Below the pieces are notes generated by a model. It did no database searches, had not been told where the DNA came from, and saw nothing but the letters and a program-made list of their open reading frames with translations. A stretch of DNA of 63,006 nt, counting the filler, from Octopus bimaculoides (lineage: Eukaryota): NCBI RefSeq assembly GCF_001194135.2. It is 5 parts of 4 records of this genome, joined end to end, with 100 filler letters (N's around TTAATTAATTAA, not from the genome) between each part and the next. Parts side by side here need not be neighbours in the genome. Positions count along the whole stretch, not along the records: positions 61,013 to 63,006 come from NC_068985.1; 4 more parts are not named here. One strand, 5' to 3'. The first letter of the stretch is position 1. Each line of letters begins with the position of its first letter. Positions 62,954 to 63,006 of the stretch are shown here, one piece after another. The position numbers and the translations under genes were made by a program.

Positions 62954-63006
<53 letters not shown>

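Overview
Eukaryotic, AT-rich, microsatellite-saturated draft-assembly window. About 6.9 kb (~11%) is N, including four 100-bp placeholders of the form N44-TTAATTAATTAA-N44. The SINE families, microsatellite load and repeat spectrum point to an octopod cephalopod, probably Octopus (inference, no search run). I found no intact host protein-coding gene; almost all listed ORFs are translations of microsatellites or gaps. The window is intergenic or deep-intronic DNA made of transposon debris. Retroelements: at least four tRNA-type SINE families, a 3.4-kb 5'-truncated L1/Tx1-like LINE inside a (TATC)n tract plus an older relative, two R4/Dong-clade RLE retrotransposon families, several Penelope-like (PLE) RT and GIY-YIG remnants, and two solo LTRs with 5-bp TSDs. 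DNA transposons: two DD37D (maT-type) Tc1/mariner relics, a DD34D mariner fragment, pogo-, mariner- and hAT-type MITEs, a Chapaev3-like relic and Helitron-like ends. There is also a decayed beta-tubulin pseudogene fragment. The most interesting signals are (i) a set of unrelated minimal type I hammerhead ribozymes, one with an intact core (2464-2511), one with a non-canonical CUGUUGA core (59943-59979) and one in the loop of a ~260-bp fold-back element whose arm starts at the cleavage site (30231-30487); (ii) an R4-like retrotransposon whose two halves are in swapped, nearly complementary order (18139-20535); and (iii) a spacer-less 94-bp palindrome (46731-46824). Family names come from motifs recognised by eye and need Dfam/Repbase/Rfam confirmation. 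SINE and remnant boundaries are approximate (about +/-20 bp).
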